Origin: Gekko japonicus
Lineage: Eukaryota
Length of the DNA stretch: 64,000 bases
Reading direction: 5' to 3'
Assembly (NCBI RefSeq): GCF_001447785.1
Contig: NW_015173758.1
Span: 156,146-220,145, forward strand
This document shows, in pieces, positions 48,867-61,525 of the stretch. A program made the position numbers and the translations under genes. Numbering within the stretch: the first letter of the stretch is position 1; each line of letters starts with the position of its first letter. The notes beneath the pieces were generated by a model. That model worked only from the letters and a program-made list of their open reading frames with translations, was not told the DNA's origin and did no database searches.

Positions 48867-48910
48867 ATATCATCCAGTACTGCTCCAGAGAACACTCTTT
48901 ATCGTTTTAG

Positions 48911-49008
48911 GTATATATATGTGTATGTGTGTGTGTGTATAGATAGATATATGTACACACACACACACACGTTATACATACACACACACACATATATAAA
49001 TCTATATA
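48911..49008. repeat. Compound (TA)/(TG)/(CA) microsatellite in the CFAP69 3'UTR
   Basis: Visible dinucleotide tracts. Confidence 0.9.
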
Positions 49009-49132
49009 TTTTAAGCATCAAAACATTATTTGTAAGATATACTCTATTTGTACCAGTAAACTGTACAGTCATTTTGAGATAGATAAAAATCTATTTTTGT
49101 TTAGAAATAATGTGGACATCATGATGCTAATG

Positions 49133-49424
49133 AATAAATTCAGTGCACTACAAAACTTGATTATGTCTAATCATTGTAGAGTTGACTCAATTTTCAATCT
49201 GTTGTCCCTGGACAATAACACAAATTCATATAACTATGAGTATTATCATGACATTTACATTGACAGACATCTAATGCATAAAAAGAAGTAAACAACTCCT
49301 CAGGATATAAAGAGAAAGTGGCAATGGTAATCACTGTTCTAATCCAGCAATAGGTACAAAATGAGGTGGATAATAAAAATGCTGGAACACTGATGTGTGA
49401 CGAAGACTTTAAACCTTAAATAAA
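49133..49424 (+). terminator. Candidate CFAP69 polyadenylation signals (AATAAA near 49133, 49372, 49418)
   Basis: AATAAA hexamers 270-550 nt downstream of the stop codon; which one is used is unknown. Confidence 0.45.
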
Positions 49425-49703
49425 CATGTACCAGTTTATATTACTATTACGTGCATCTTCAGTCCCTTTCTAACACACACATCCGGAAGACAGCAGCCCT
49501 CACCCTGTCCATTTAGTATCCTGAATTAGTAACAATCAGAGAGAATGAAGGAAAATTAGGGCTAAAATTACCTCAAGCATCTTTTAAACTTGCACTAACC
49601 TTTTAAATTGCCTTTTCAGGACAGAGACATTGAGCTGTGGTGCTTTTGAAGAGAAAGTTTTGAGAGGATGGGTCTGCACATATCTGTACTCTTCATGTGG
49701 GAA

Positions 49704-50746
49704 TCTCTCTATATTATAAAACTAATTTGAGGTGACCACGCTCGATGCGCTCCCTCAGCCATAGGCTGAGCTGGCTGCCACTCACGCCAGGGACGCTGGC
49801 CATTGGCCGCGGTCTCAGCCCCTGCCCATAGAGGCAGTGCCGGAGTGAACATGCCCAGTGATTCGAAGAGAGAGCTGCTTTGGCGTGGCCACACTCGATG
49901 CGCTCCCTCAGCCGTAGCCTGAGCCGGCTGCCACTCATGCCGGGGACGCTGGCCATTGGCCGCGGTCTCTGCCCCTACCCATAGAGGCAGTGCCGGAGTG
50001 AACAAGCCCAGTGATTCAAAGAGAGAGCTGCTTTGGCGTGGCCACGCTCGATGCGCTCCCTCAGCCGTAGGCAGAGCCGGCTGCCACTCATGCCGGGGTC
50101 GCTGGCCACTGGCAGCGTCTCTGATGCCTGCCCACAGATGCGGCGCCGGGGCAAACATGCCCCACAATTTGAAGACACCATGGCGGAGTCTTGCCCCACC
50201 ATCCAAACAGCCACCATGTCCATCCTATCCCGAGCGCCCATAATCAGCCGGGCTGCACATGGCCCAACAACGGATAGGCCGCACACACCACCGGGGGGCT
50301 GTGGCCCTCGCCTGCCGCCCTTGCCTGAATGTGCGTCACTGCCCGGCCTCCATGCGATCTGACAACGGGTGGCCTGGTCGCTCCAGCAGGGGGGCCCCGG
50401 GGACTCGCCCCAATCCTGCCACCACGGCGACTCTCACCTGAGCCCGGCTACAGGCTCCCGGCTGCCCTGTGCCTGGACAACAGCCGCGCTGCCCACTCCA
50501 GCGCACGGGGGCCATCTCCAGTCACGCCCGATCCTGCTGCCGCCACCGACTACATGCAGCTTGCTGGCCTCTCACTGTGTGGGGGCCAGCACGCCACTGG
50601 CCCTGAGGCTGCTGGAGGTCATCCAGCCACGCCCTCACCCCCCGACTCTGGGGGCTGCGTGGGGGGAGTGATCGGAGGACTGGGGGCTCCTCTGTCGCAC
50701 TGTGCTAAGGCTCATTGTCTTCCTCCACAACAGGCTTTGCTCCTAG
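49704..50746 (+). mobile_element. Non-autonomous Helitron with an internal 153-bp tandem array
   Basis: A|TCTCTCTATATTATAAAA 5' end; CTAG|T 3' end; subterminal hairpin GCTCATTGT/ACAACAGGC (50710-50735); no TSD; GC/CpG-rich interior. Confidence 0.7.
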
Positions 50747-51574
50747 TAGATAATAATGCCTCAGTGAAGTGAAGTGATCAGAAATACTTTAAAACATCAT
50801 AGAAAGATGCTCTCTTCCTCAGTTATAGGCTATAGCAGGGAGTATGAAGCTTTGCTGGACAAAACTGGCACCAGTGACTGGAAATACTGGCCAGTGGCAC
50901 AGCTTACCTCATTTACTGACTGATTTCAGTTTTTACCCTGCCCATCCCAAAGGGCCTTGGGGATAGCTCCCATGCATATTAAAACAGTCGATATTTGTAA
51001 TAGCAACACTCTTCCCTGGCCCAGTGTCTGAATGCAGTGTGCTCAAGTAGCTGAAGGAGAACAAACTGAAGAATCCTAATAAGACAGACCTGATGCTGGA
51101 TGAAAGGGCCACTGCTTTAGACAGGATTATTTTTATTTATTTATTTTGATATATCCCGCCCTCCCCTTAACGGGCTCAGGGCAGGTTCCAACATTATAAA
51201 ATACAATGCAATTAAAACCACATTAAAACACAATATAAAATAACTCAATGTGTTGTTTTATTAAATTGTGGTGGTTTTTTTCATTGTTGTTATCTGCCTT
51301 GGGTCCTGGGGTGCCTGGGGGAAAGGTAGGTATCTAAATATTTAAAATAAAAGAAATAAGTAAAAGAAAACTCAGCTGCTAATACAATTTTAAAACATGC
51401 TGACTCTATATGCCTCACTGGTATCAAAGTACTTGTTAAAATATTTCTAGGCATGCAGTCTCTCTCCTTTAGTGTAGTTTCTTGAACTGACCTCCATGTT
51501 CCCTATTTCAGTTTGTTGTCAAGATGGGTTGAAAGGATGATCATAATGATCATGTAGCATAAAAGAACTCTTCT

Positions 51575-52182
51575 CCAGTTAAGGACAGAAGAGAAGCCAA
51601 TGTTGGATCAGGCCAATGGCCCATCCAGTCCAACACTCTGTCACACAGTGGCCGAAAATACCAGATGCCATTAGAAGGTCCATCAGTACCTTGTGAAATG
51701 CTATGGCACCTCTGCGCTCCATAAGACTACCACAATGATCATTAATATAGCAACAAACATGTTTACCAGTTTTGCTGTTTATACGGTTCTTTGCTATTCG
51801 AAATGGTTGTAACTTCAAATTTAATACTTGTTATTCTATTTAAATGTATTGGTTGTATCTCTCTTTCCAGATGAATGATTATATTTAACTATATATGTCA
51901 CAAGTAATGTAATTTTATGTTATCAATAAAAGAAAAATTAAAAGAAAAAGAAGGTCCACCAGTGGGGCCAGGACACTAGAAGCCCTCCCACTGTGGCCTT
52001 GCCCCCCCCCCCCAAGAATGCAGAGCATCCCTTGCCCCAGACTGAGAGTTCCTATCTATGCCTTGTGGCTAATAGCCACTGATGGACCTCTGCTCCATAT
52101 GTTTATCCAAATCCCTCTTGAAGCCATCCATGCTTGTAGCTGCCACCACCTCCTGCGGTAGTGAATTCCATGTGTCAATCAC
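51575..52182 (-). mobile_element. CR1 3' end split by a ~260-bp poly(A) retro-insertion (51688-51948)
   Basis: Reverse complement of the CR1 3'UTR at 5560-5870; insert ends AATAAA plus A-rich tail; 15-bp TSD AGAAGGTCCA(T/C)CAGT. Confidence 0.8.
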
Positions 52183-52323
52183 TGTTGAAACCAAGGAGAA
52201 GTAAAAGACCTTTGATTAATAAGGCTAAGTGTTTGCTGAAGATGAGCAGGTCTTTTGAACAAAATGGGTTTCAGTGCAAAAAATGGTCCAGCTGTATTTT
52301 TCTCAGATGTTCCTTTCTGTGAG

Positions 52324-52546
52324 AGATCAAGATGGGTAGCCATGTTTGTCTGTCTGTAGCAGTAGAAAAGAGCAAGAGCCAAGTAGCAACTTAAAGACTA
52401 ACAAAATATGTGGCAGGGTATGAGCTTTCGTGAGTCACTGCTCACTTTTTCAGATACTGAAGAAGTGAGCAATGACTTATGAAAGCTCATCCCCTGCCAC
52501 ATATTCTGTTAGTCTTTAAGGTGCTACTGGACTCTTGCTCTTTTCT
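52324..52546. mobile_element. Penelope-derived palindromic element with hammerhead cores
   Basis: Inverted arms centred near 52455; CTGAAGA-A-GTGAG...CTYAY-GAAA-GCTC; related copies at 29950-30032, 58360-58490, 62953-63160. Confidence 0.65.
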
Positions 52547-54353
52547 GTGAGAGGTCTGACATAAGCAGCACACCTTCTTCTCTGGGGTAGATGCCAAGCC
52601 AAGAATGGTTCCGAGGAGTGGTAAAAACATTTAATAGAATAGTAGTGATTCCCAAACTTCTTGGCTGTAGGAGCTATTCTAGAGTTTTCTAACGGATCAT
52701 GTCCCATTCAACAGCTACCTGTGGCAGAATCTCAGCCTGCAAAACATTTCATATCACTATAATGTCCAGTGGGGTAGCTGTGATGTAGAGCCAGCCAATG
52801 CACATCTGCTCAGAAGTGAGTTCCACTATGTCCAGCGGACTTATTTCCAGGTAAGTGCAGTACGGCAGCGTTATTCTACTGCAGCAAAAACAAGAATCCC
52901 ATGGCACCTTAAAAGACCAACAAATTGGGTGGAAAGTTTTAGTGGCCTCAGTGGAATGAACATTTATGCCATAATAAATTTGTGAATGTTTAAAGTGTCA
53001 CAAGGGTCCCTTTGTGTTTTCATATCTCGATGTAGATGTAGCCATGCTAGGAAAAGCTTCACAGGCAGCCATACTCTGTATTCTGAAACAAGGTCTTGCC
53101 AACAAACCAAGAATGCCCACTCTTTGATTCTGGGGTTTCCATTTGAATTCCAAGAAACCACGTCTCCAGTCCTTTAATGTGCTGCAACTGCTATTTATTG
53201 AGACTTTGAGTTCAGAATGGGGGGAAATTAACATTAAAGTCTTTGTGCTACCTTTGTACATAATGATGTGTGTATATTTGCATCTTTGAAATGTAAGAAG
53301 TGGCCATTATGTTCCAAGCATGAAAATGTGTTCTTCGGTGTTCTTGAAATCTTCACTAATGCAGTATATGAAATTTGTTTGCTGCAGTCCACTGATAAGT
53401 CAGCTGAGTGTAATGAGGGCATTCTTGGGAACAGTAAGACCAGTGACTGCTCCTAACTTCATGAAACATCACAGCCGCGGACATCCAACCATTACAACAT
53501 TCTGATAATAATTATTGCTGTTTCTTTGGGGCCTATTCCTGACTGCCTGAAAGGTAAAGGAATTAAAGCTGCAAACAGTCCCTTGTGTTCAACTAGTTCA
53601 TCTTGAGTTCTTCAGCTCATGAATATCTTCCATGTTATACAATATTATTGCCATCTAGTGGCTCCAAAAAAGCATATGAAAGTTTTCTGAGCAAGATAGT
53701 GCTCATTACATTGCAATGAGAAATCCCACCTCATGCTGGAACCTTTCTCTTAGAACAGAATAAGACAATGCAGAAGGCTGAGTTGTACCACTACAGGCAT
53801 AGCATGCTTATGTGTAAGAAAGTAAACAAATGAATACGCACACCCCTGTGTAGAAAAATATTTTAATTAATCTGTGATAACCAATACCAAGCAGTAATCA
53901 AATTCAGAATTTAGAGGCCACACTGAAATGATGCCAAGCACAATTCCCCCCCCCCCTTTGGGTTTACATAGGGGTTTTCCCCCCTTGAATGTCTTAAAAA
54001 TGAAACCATGTATAAGATATTGTATAAAAGATGCTTGTTGCTGCTGCACATTGATATGTTGATGTATAAAAATATATTGGGCTTCTATTGCATTTAGAGC
54101 TTTTAAAAATGAGAGAAACGGTCTCCAAAAGATGAGCAATCTACAAATATATAATGCTAATTTGAAACATCCAAGAACACAGGTGATTACTAGAATACGT
54201 AAAGCATTTGCTTGGGCACCTCAGTATGATAAAGAAACAAGGCATTTTGGCAGTGATTGTCAGGAAATTTAGAACACACACAAAAAGGGAAAAGATCACA
54301 TGAAATAGTTCTTGGAAACTTCTATGCTTCCTTGAATAACAAGCTGGCTTCCT

Positions 54354-54427
54354 TCAAGCTGACATCACCTTGCTGAGATATCTTCTGTACTCCTGTCTCT
54401 TTGACCTACAGTTGAGGTTTGTGAAGC
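54354..54427 (-). CDS. FAM237B: Candidate extra C-terminal coding exon of FAM237B, (G)FTNLNCRSKRQEYRRYLSKVMSA*
   Basis: Strong acceptor aactttctttcccaattttccag; in phase with internal donor GAAG|GTAATT at 55052/55051. Confidence 0.4.
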
Positions 54428-55022
54428 CTGGAAAATTGGGAAAGAAAGTTGGTTACAACTGGGCTGTATTGCCCTCATTTTTTGTTTGTCCTGATTGCTA
54501 AAGTTCACCTGTGAAATATAAATTTCCATCCCTGTGAAAACTGGGAAAATACCAACTGCCTTTCATTTTGTGAATAAGTAGAGCAATTCAGTCAGTTGAC
54601 AACCTGGACAAAGATCTGGCATTCTAGTTTAACAGCAAGTATTGAGGATTAAGTACATGGCAAACACACATCGGAAGAAATAGAGGAAGAAGAGATTGGA
54701 TTTATACCCTGCCCTTCACTACCCAAAGGAGTCTCAGAGCGGCTTACAATCTCCTTTCCCTTCCCCTCCCCACAACAGACAGGTGGGGCTGAGAGAGCTC
54801 TGAGAGAACTGCTCATGAGAGAACAGCTCTGAAAGAACTTGTGACTGACCCAAGGTCACACCAGCAGTTGCATGTGGAGAGTGGAGAATCAAACCCAGTT
54901 CTCCCAGATTAGAGTCCATGCTCTTAACCGCTATACCAAACTGGCTTTCACACATCAAACATTATTTCCCTGCTTAAAAAGAAAACAAGGGGGAAAATCA
55001 GTACCAGTGACTTGCATTTTAA

Positions 55023-55436
55023 CTATCTAGTATGATGTGTGTAAAAATTACCTTCTGCAGTTTTCCGTGAATATGTTAAAAAGTGCTCAGGGGCTACTAA
55101 TTGTCTTCTGCCCATTCCATGAGACCTTGAAAGCACACAGTCTATGTACATATCCCAGAAGTTCTGAGCTAAATCGTTGAAGAGATCGTTATGCTTGGGT
55201 TTGGATGACTCCTTCAGGAACATCATGAATTCCCAAAGAGCAATCACGGTACCTGCTACCCTGAGTCTCTTCATTTCCACCAGCCTGTGAGAGGAGATTT
55301 CCCAGCACTGATGATCAATCTCACCGAGGCTGGCAGGAGCTTCCTTTTGATACTCCAAATTGCTATAAACGAAATTCACCATCAACAGACAGCCCAGTTG
55401 AAGATACCACCACCTGCTTCTGTATATGGATTCCAT
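55023..55436 (-). CDS. FAM237B: FAM237B / neurosecretory protein GM (NPGM) precursor
   Basis: MESIYRSRWWYLQLGCLLMVNFVYS signal peptide; ID.QCW and FWDMY.DC.LSRSHGM-GRR amidation/cleavage motif; acceptor tgctttcag just upstream of the ATG (exon starts 55451); expected position downstream of CFAP69 on the opposite strand. Confidence 0.93.
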   Translation of the reverse strand: MESIYRSRWWYLQLGCLLMVNFVYSNLEYQKEAPASLGEIDHQCWEISSHRLVEMKRLRVAGTVIALWEFMMFLKESSKPKHNDLFNDLAQNFWDMYIDCVLSRSHGMGRRQLVAPEHFLTYSRKTAEGNFYTHHTR

Positions 55437-57938
55437 GCTGCACAGAAGAACCTGAAAGCAACGCAAGCAATTAAAACTTGACTCTTTTTCTTGTCCCTGC
55501 TGGCACAATCTTGATATAAGCATGCAAGTGTAAAATACTCTTGACGATATGAAATAGCATCATTGCTATTTGTGGAGTGGGTGGCTGGTGCCTGTCAAGC
55601 CACCCATTTCCAAGGCTGATTTTTGCATGCTCATGGGATTTTCCAGGTGTGTAGAAAAGTATAACTGCCTAAATTAACCAAAATAAAATAAAAAACACAG
55701 TCTGGTGTGTAAAATAATAAATCTTGCAGGTCATTAATTTAATGTGTGGGCTGACGGGGCATAAGATCAGTGTTACAATAGATTTGAGACACTGCATAGA
55801 TTTCCAGTAATTATACTTTCCAAACTAATATTGAAGTTAGCATATTAAGAAGCAGGGAAAAAGAAAATATTTGTATTTACATTATTTATACTCCACCCAC
55901 CTTTTTCACCAGGACTGAAGGTGGATTACACATAATGAGCTGGAAGAATCAGTAACCAATGCATTAGGATAAAGGGGAGAAGCAAAAAAATTCAAAGAAG
56001 ACGTGAGGAGAAAGTGGGATGTGATAATGCAGTTGTATTTGTCTGACAGTGTGTCACAATTGTTATACAAAGATTTCTGTGTAAGCTGTGTCTTGAAAGA
56101 AGTCCAGATGCTATAACCTACGATAGTATACTCTTTCTTTTCAAACAAAGGTTTTTATTATTTTCAGGAAAGGAAGGAAGATACTACAAAGAATAGACAA
56201 TGACAAAGACAACAAACAACAGCAACTACAATAGTATACTCTTTCTTAATTAGCTAAGGCAGTAAGGTTGTGTGAGGAGGTGGGCTGGAACTAGTAGCAC
56301 AAAGGAAAGGCCGTCCAATGATCCATGACTGGTGGATCACTGAGCAAAGATGTTGCACATCCACCTCTGAGGAGATGAGGCCACCAGAGGATATACCAAG
56401 CTTCAAAGTCCACACTTATAGAGGACTCAGACAGGGAAGGGAGGAGGTTGAATCTTCACCCTGGTCCACCTCCTCTCATCAAGACTCTGATCTCTGAGCT
56501 AGCTCCATGGAAAGAAGAGTACCACCAACCATGCCCTCTTTTGGAATAGCTGTAAGTTTGTGGGGAACCAGCCAATCCTGGGTGTTGCCTCTCATCCCTC
56601 AGACAGGCTTGAGAATGGTCTCCCCATTGTGGCCAACTTTGTTCTGGCCTCTTCCATGCCTGATCGCATCAGGCTGCCAAGGCATGGCTTTAGTTTCAAA
56701 CCTACCAGAGCTTGAAGCCACATTGTTGCCAGCTTGCCATCAGCTTCTGCCACCCTAAGGAAGCCTGGCCCTGCAGCTGCACCAACCTCCAGCCTTGCCC
56801 CTGACTCCAGAGATAAGCCCCATATCCCCTTCTCATTCTTGTTGAGGGGCTGCAGCCCCATCCTTCTGCCCCACCTTTTCGGTGGTTGTGGGACCAGCAC
56901 CAAAGCCCCCAACAGGCTCTGGCCAGGTTGGTTGTCCACTGGTGGATAGGTGGTGGATAGCCTTCCATGTTTTTTGTGTGCTATAGTAGCTAGTGTTGTA
57001 TTGGGACCTAGGATACCCAGGTTCAGATCTTCACTGCCACGGAAGCTCACTTGTTCACCATTGGCCATTCACTCTCTTTCAGTGTAACCTACTTCACAGG
57101 GTTGTTGTGAGGATAAATGGGGGGGATAGTCTAAGCTTCTTTGGGTCTTTCTAGGGAGAAAAGTGAGTTGTAAATAGCTAAATCGTAATAACTTTGGGGG
57201 CTATCAAAAAAGCTCAAAGAAACAATTTTTTAACCAGTACGTAGATCTCATCTTTAAAAGTTCTCATAATGCTTCGGTATATAAAACCTCACGTGAGTTG
57301 TGGAGACCGAGGAGTGCTCTGCACTGTATCACTTCAGAGAGCAGGTGGAGGAGGCTGTTTTTGAATGCTCGGCCATGTGAAAGACTCCCTGCTAGAGAGA
57401 ATATAATACAAGGAGAAACTAATAATGCATCCCATTTCCAACTATGCTAGTGTTCCATTTGTGGGAAGCTTTTGGTGTAAATAAGCCTTAAAAATACATT
57501 CCCTCCACCTATGGACCACCAGCTTACATATTCCAGTCTGGGTACATACAGACAATTCCAGTGAGTGACATGAGACCCCCCAAAGTTAACTGTAAATCAA
57601 ATCAGATGTCCAGCTATTTCTACCAACAATTCATATTCGCTCAATTCTCACCTAACAGTTATGTGGATGTGCACTATATTATATTATATTAAATGTACTG
57701 GAACATTTTGTTATTTAAAGACACTGACCTGTAAACCATTACATGACCACCAGACCTCTTTACATCCTTGGCTCCAGTTAGCTTCGTGAATAAGAACGCT
57801 GCCAAATCTTGTAGCCAGGTCTATTAGTTCTAGGTATGTATTCTCCGGTGCAAGTCTCCAGTTTATTCTGTCATAACTGGTTGGGATCCATGTTCCCTTT
57901 GCAGCAACATGGGAGGGGGAGCAAAATAGTACTGCGAC

Positions 57939-58340
57939 CAGAGGTCATTTCGAGGGGGATCGCGGGGGATCGCAGTTCCCCCGGGTGAGGTACGGGGGGC
58001 GGGGCACATGACGAAGCCCCGCCCCCCGCTTCCGGCCCTCATTCAGCCAGGAGGAGGCAGGAGAAGAGGGAGGGTAAGTTGCTTCCTCCCTGCCTCTCCC
58101 CACCCCTGTCTGCCTGGGGCCAGGGAGGGCCTTCGCGGGGCTTCCTTGCACTCCCGCCGGCCTTGCAGGTCCACCGCCGGGCCCCTAATGGGGCTCGGCA
58201 GTGGAGCTGCAAGGCCAGCAGCGGCAGCCGGGACCGTTAGGGGCGGGGTGTGTGGCCTTATGACACACTTCCGGTGATGTCAGGGGGTGTGGCATATGCT
58301 AATGAGTTCCCCTAGCTCTTTTTCTACGAAACGACCCCTG
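57939..58340. mobile_element. hAT-like CpG-rich non-autonomous element
   Basis: TIR CAGAGGTCATTTCG / CGAAACGACCCCTG; TSD ACTGCGAC / ACAGTGAC (6/8). Confidence 0.65.
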
Positions 58341-60499
58341 ACAGTGACAGCTACTCCCTTAGACTGTCTGACGAAAGGAGCTTTGACTCTCAAAAGCTTC
58401 CACCCTGAAGCTCTTGGTGGTCTCTAAGGTGCTGCTGCTGGACTCAAATCTAACTGTTCTACTGCAGATCAACATGGCTGCCCTCTGAAACTACTCCCTT
58501 ACTGTGCATCCCCATCTTTGCCCAGTCACAGCATCACCCACAATGACGCCTACTGTGGGAAAAAGTCCTGTCTTCATTAGAGTTTCAAAAGTTTGGTGAT
58601 TTTACTTGATCGGTTCCTGTTTTTCTAATGTTTTTATTTTTACATGGTTTTCTTTGGAAACTGCCTTGAACAGATGATGGAGACTACAGTACATAGATAC
58701 ATTCAGTAAAGCCCCAAAGCTCTTCACTCCACATTCCTGGTTCAACCTGTTTGTAGCCCCTGTTCACAAGTTACAGTGAACAGACGTCTTGCAAGTATAT
58801 GTGGACATCTGTAAGAAAGAAGCCAGTTTTTTGTTCATTTTACAAATAAAACCAGGGAACAGTAATTGGACAAATGTGTGGTCTAAATCACATGTTCTAC
58901 TGTACATGTGTTGAATGTAACATGAGAATTACTCAATGTACATATAAAGAAAAATCAAATGTCTCCTGTACATGGGGGTTGTATGTGCATTCACTATACT
59001 TGTGAACAGGGCTCATGTATATGTGTGGTCAATCGGAATGTGTATCTAGGACATCTACCCCTCTTCATTGATACAACATCTGAAAACCTTCTTTTGCATA
59101 CTTTACTCAGACTGGCCAATTTCAGATGTCATTTTATTAGACAAAGAATACTTTCTAACCCTTCTGATTGGGGAAACTTCCCAGCCAGGGGAGGAGTTGA
59201 AAGGTTCAAAAGGAATAGATTTATTTATTTTTTGCACTTCCCTAAGACTGGTTAAGTCCCCTGTGACTTTACTGTTGGGTTTTTTGCTTCTGCTTGGGCT
59301 GGAACAGCACATGGCTGTCTCCATCTTGGAAAGGATTTGATCTGACTTTTTTGAAACAAAGTAAGTTGTGCTTTTCATAGTTTAAAATCTGGCATGAAAT
59401 AGTATAGAACTCTTGCATTTTTATCATTTTTGTTATATCTAGAAGTTTTTCTGCTCTTTGCCTTTTAGTGGCATGTAAATTCTGATTTCTTTTTAACTCT
59501 TTAATTATAATAATGTGTCTGGAATCGTCACACACTACCTATCCAAGTGTACTATTTTGTCGTATTACCAACACGGTACCCAGATAATCCAAATGGGCGC
59601 GATGTGCTCTTTTTATGAGAAAAATTCAAGACATTCTCCAAAGACTGTTGAATGAATACTCTGGAGTGATGGTAATTAGACCCTTTGGGAGGTCAGCAAG
59701 GAAATGGAGGGGGTGATCCAAGGCCAGGAATAGTTTTTTGTGTGTCCCGTCTTCCACATCTCCATATCAGTCATGGATGGAAGGGCACTAATGTAAACAA
59801 GATGATGGTGGGAATTTCATGATCGCATCATAAAAAGTGTTTCATATTCTGCTGTGTTACCAAATATTCCACACAGCAGTGTGCATGTCACACATTTGTA
59901 TTGGTTTCTGTGTGAGGAAGATAAGCATTTTCAAGTGAGTGGGATGGAGGCCACAGACAGGGAAGAATGGATGTGACAAGAACAAGCGCATAACAGGCAC
60001 CGCCATGGAGGGGCGGAGCACATAGGGAGGAAGAACGATGCAACAGAAAGCAAGACTGGAGCCCTTTTCCTGGAAGATGCAGAGTCTGTATGGAGAAGTC
60101 TACCCTTTCAGGCATCTTGGTGGTGATAATAATTGTAGTTGAAAAAGAGGAGATGCAGCAGGACCAGAACCCAGAGCTCCCACTCTAGAGAGCAGCACAA
60201 TACTTTGGAAGGGGAGATCACCATGTCGGCTGTCCTAAGTACAGCATGAATGTGTGACAGCCATACAAATGAAGGAGGAAGCAAAAGAAAGAGACATGGT
60301 GAGGCCCAATCCCTATTCCACTTCCAGCCATTTAGACTAGTACTGGTAAGTTGTGTATGGAGCCATAGCTTGGTGGAACAGCACAAGAGGATTCCCATTC
60401 AGGCACTGGGTATAGTCTCCCAGCAGAACTGATTTAAAAGGGCCAGATGCACACGTGTGCACGCACAGACACGAACCACTGCAGTGCAGTAGTTGGAGT

Positions 60500-61525
60500 T
60501 ATTTATTTATTTATTTAATTCAATTTATACCCCGCCCTCCCCGCAATGCGGGCTCAGGGCGGCTTACATAGGGGCAAACGCCAATATGAAACATAATTAA
60601 AACCATTTAAAATCCAACAGTACAAAACATTCATAACGAGTTACTGACTAAAGTGCTCTAGGTGTTCTACATGAAATTTCAAAGATGGCATATTTGAACT
60701 GCTCAGCATCGTCTGCTCCAGGGAAGCATTGATGTTCCCTCATCCAGGGCCAGGTGAAGATGGAATAATGATGATGGTAATGGCGGCTCCTACTCATACG
60801 CCTGGTGGAAGAGCTCCGTCTTACAGGCCCTGCGGAACTGCACAAGGTCCCGCAGGGCCCGGATCTCCTCCGGGAGCTCATTCCACCAGATAGGAGCCGC
60901 CACCGAGAAAGCCCTGGCCCTGGTAGCGGCCAGCCTGGCCTCTTTGGGACCTGGCACTGCCAGGAGATGTTGGGTCCCGGACCGAAGTGCTCGCGGGGGA
61001 ACATATGAGGAAAGACGGTCCCTTAGGTAAGCTGGACCCAGACCATGTAGGGCTTTAAAGGTAAGAACCAGCACTTTGAAACGAATCCGGAATGCTATTG
61101 GCAGCCAGTGCAGCGCTTTCAGCACAGGCTGGATGTGGTCCCTTCTAGGAAGACCCATCAACAGCCTGGCCGCAGCATTCTGCACTAGCTGCAGCTTCCG
61201 GATTTGCGACAAAGGCAGCCCCATGTAGAGAGCGTTACAGTAGTCTAGCCTCGAGGTGACCGTCGCATGGATCACTGTGGCCAAGTCACTGTGGTCGAGG
61301 AAGGGGACCAACTGCCGCACCAGCCGCAGATGGTAGAAGGCTGACTTGGCAGTGGCTGCCACCTGGGCCTCCATAGATAACGAGGAGTCCAGGAGCACTC
61401 CCAAACTCCTAACCTCCGGCGCTGGCACCAAAGGCACCCCATCGAAGGTCGGGAGAGGGAGCCCTAACCCCAAACCACCGCGACTCAGGCCCAGGACCTC
61501 CGTTATTGGCACATGGACCAATGGC
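60500..61525 (-). mobile_element. L2 LINE ORF2 3' end
   Basis: ORF 61521-60790: VRSLGVLLDSSL, IHA.VTSRLDYCNALY.GLP, LQLVQNAAARLL, LHWLP...RI.FKVL; (TAAA)n tail. Confidence 0.93.

Noticed and set aside
49709-50772. Overlapping long ORFs or a CpG-island promoter
   Set aside because: Explained by GC-rich tandem repeats inside a Helitron-like element; no splice or homology support
55437-55523. Upstream in-frame ATG extending FAM237B to 166 aa
   Set aside because: It lies across a good splice acceptor (55452-55454); homology and the signal peptide begin at MESIY (55436)
57939-58340. CpG island as the FAM237B promoter
   Set aside because: Bounded by TIRs and an 8-bp TSD, so it is a transposon; promoter use cannot be supported
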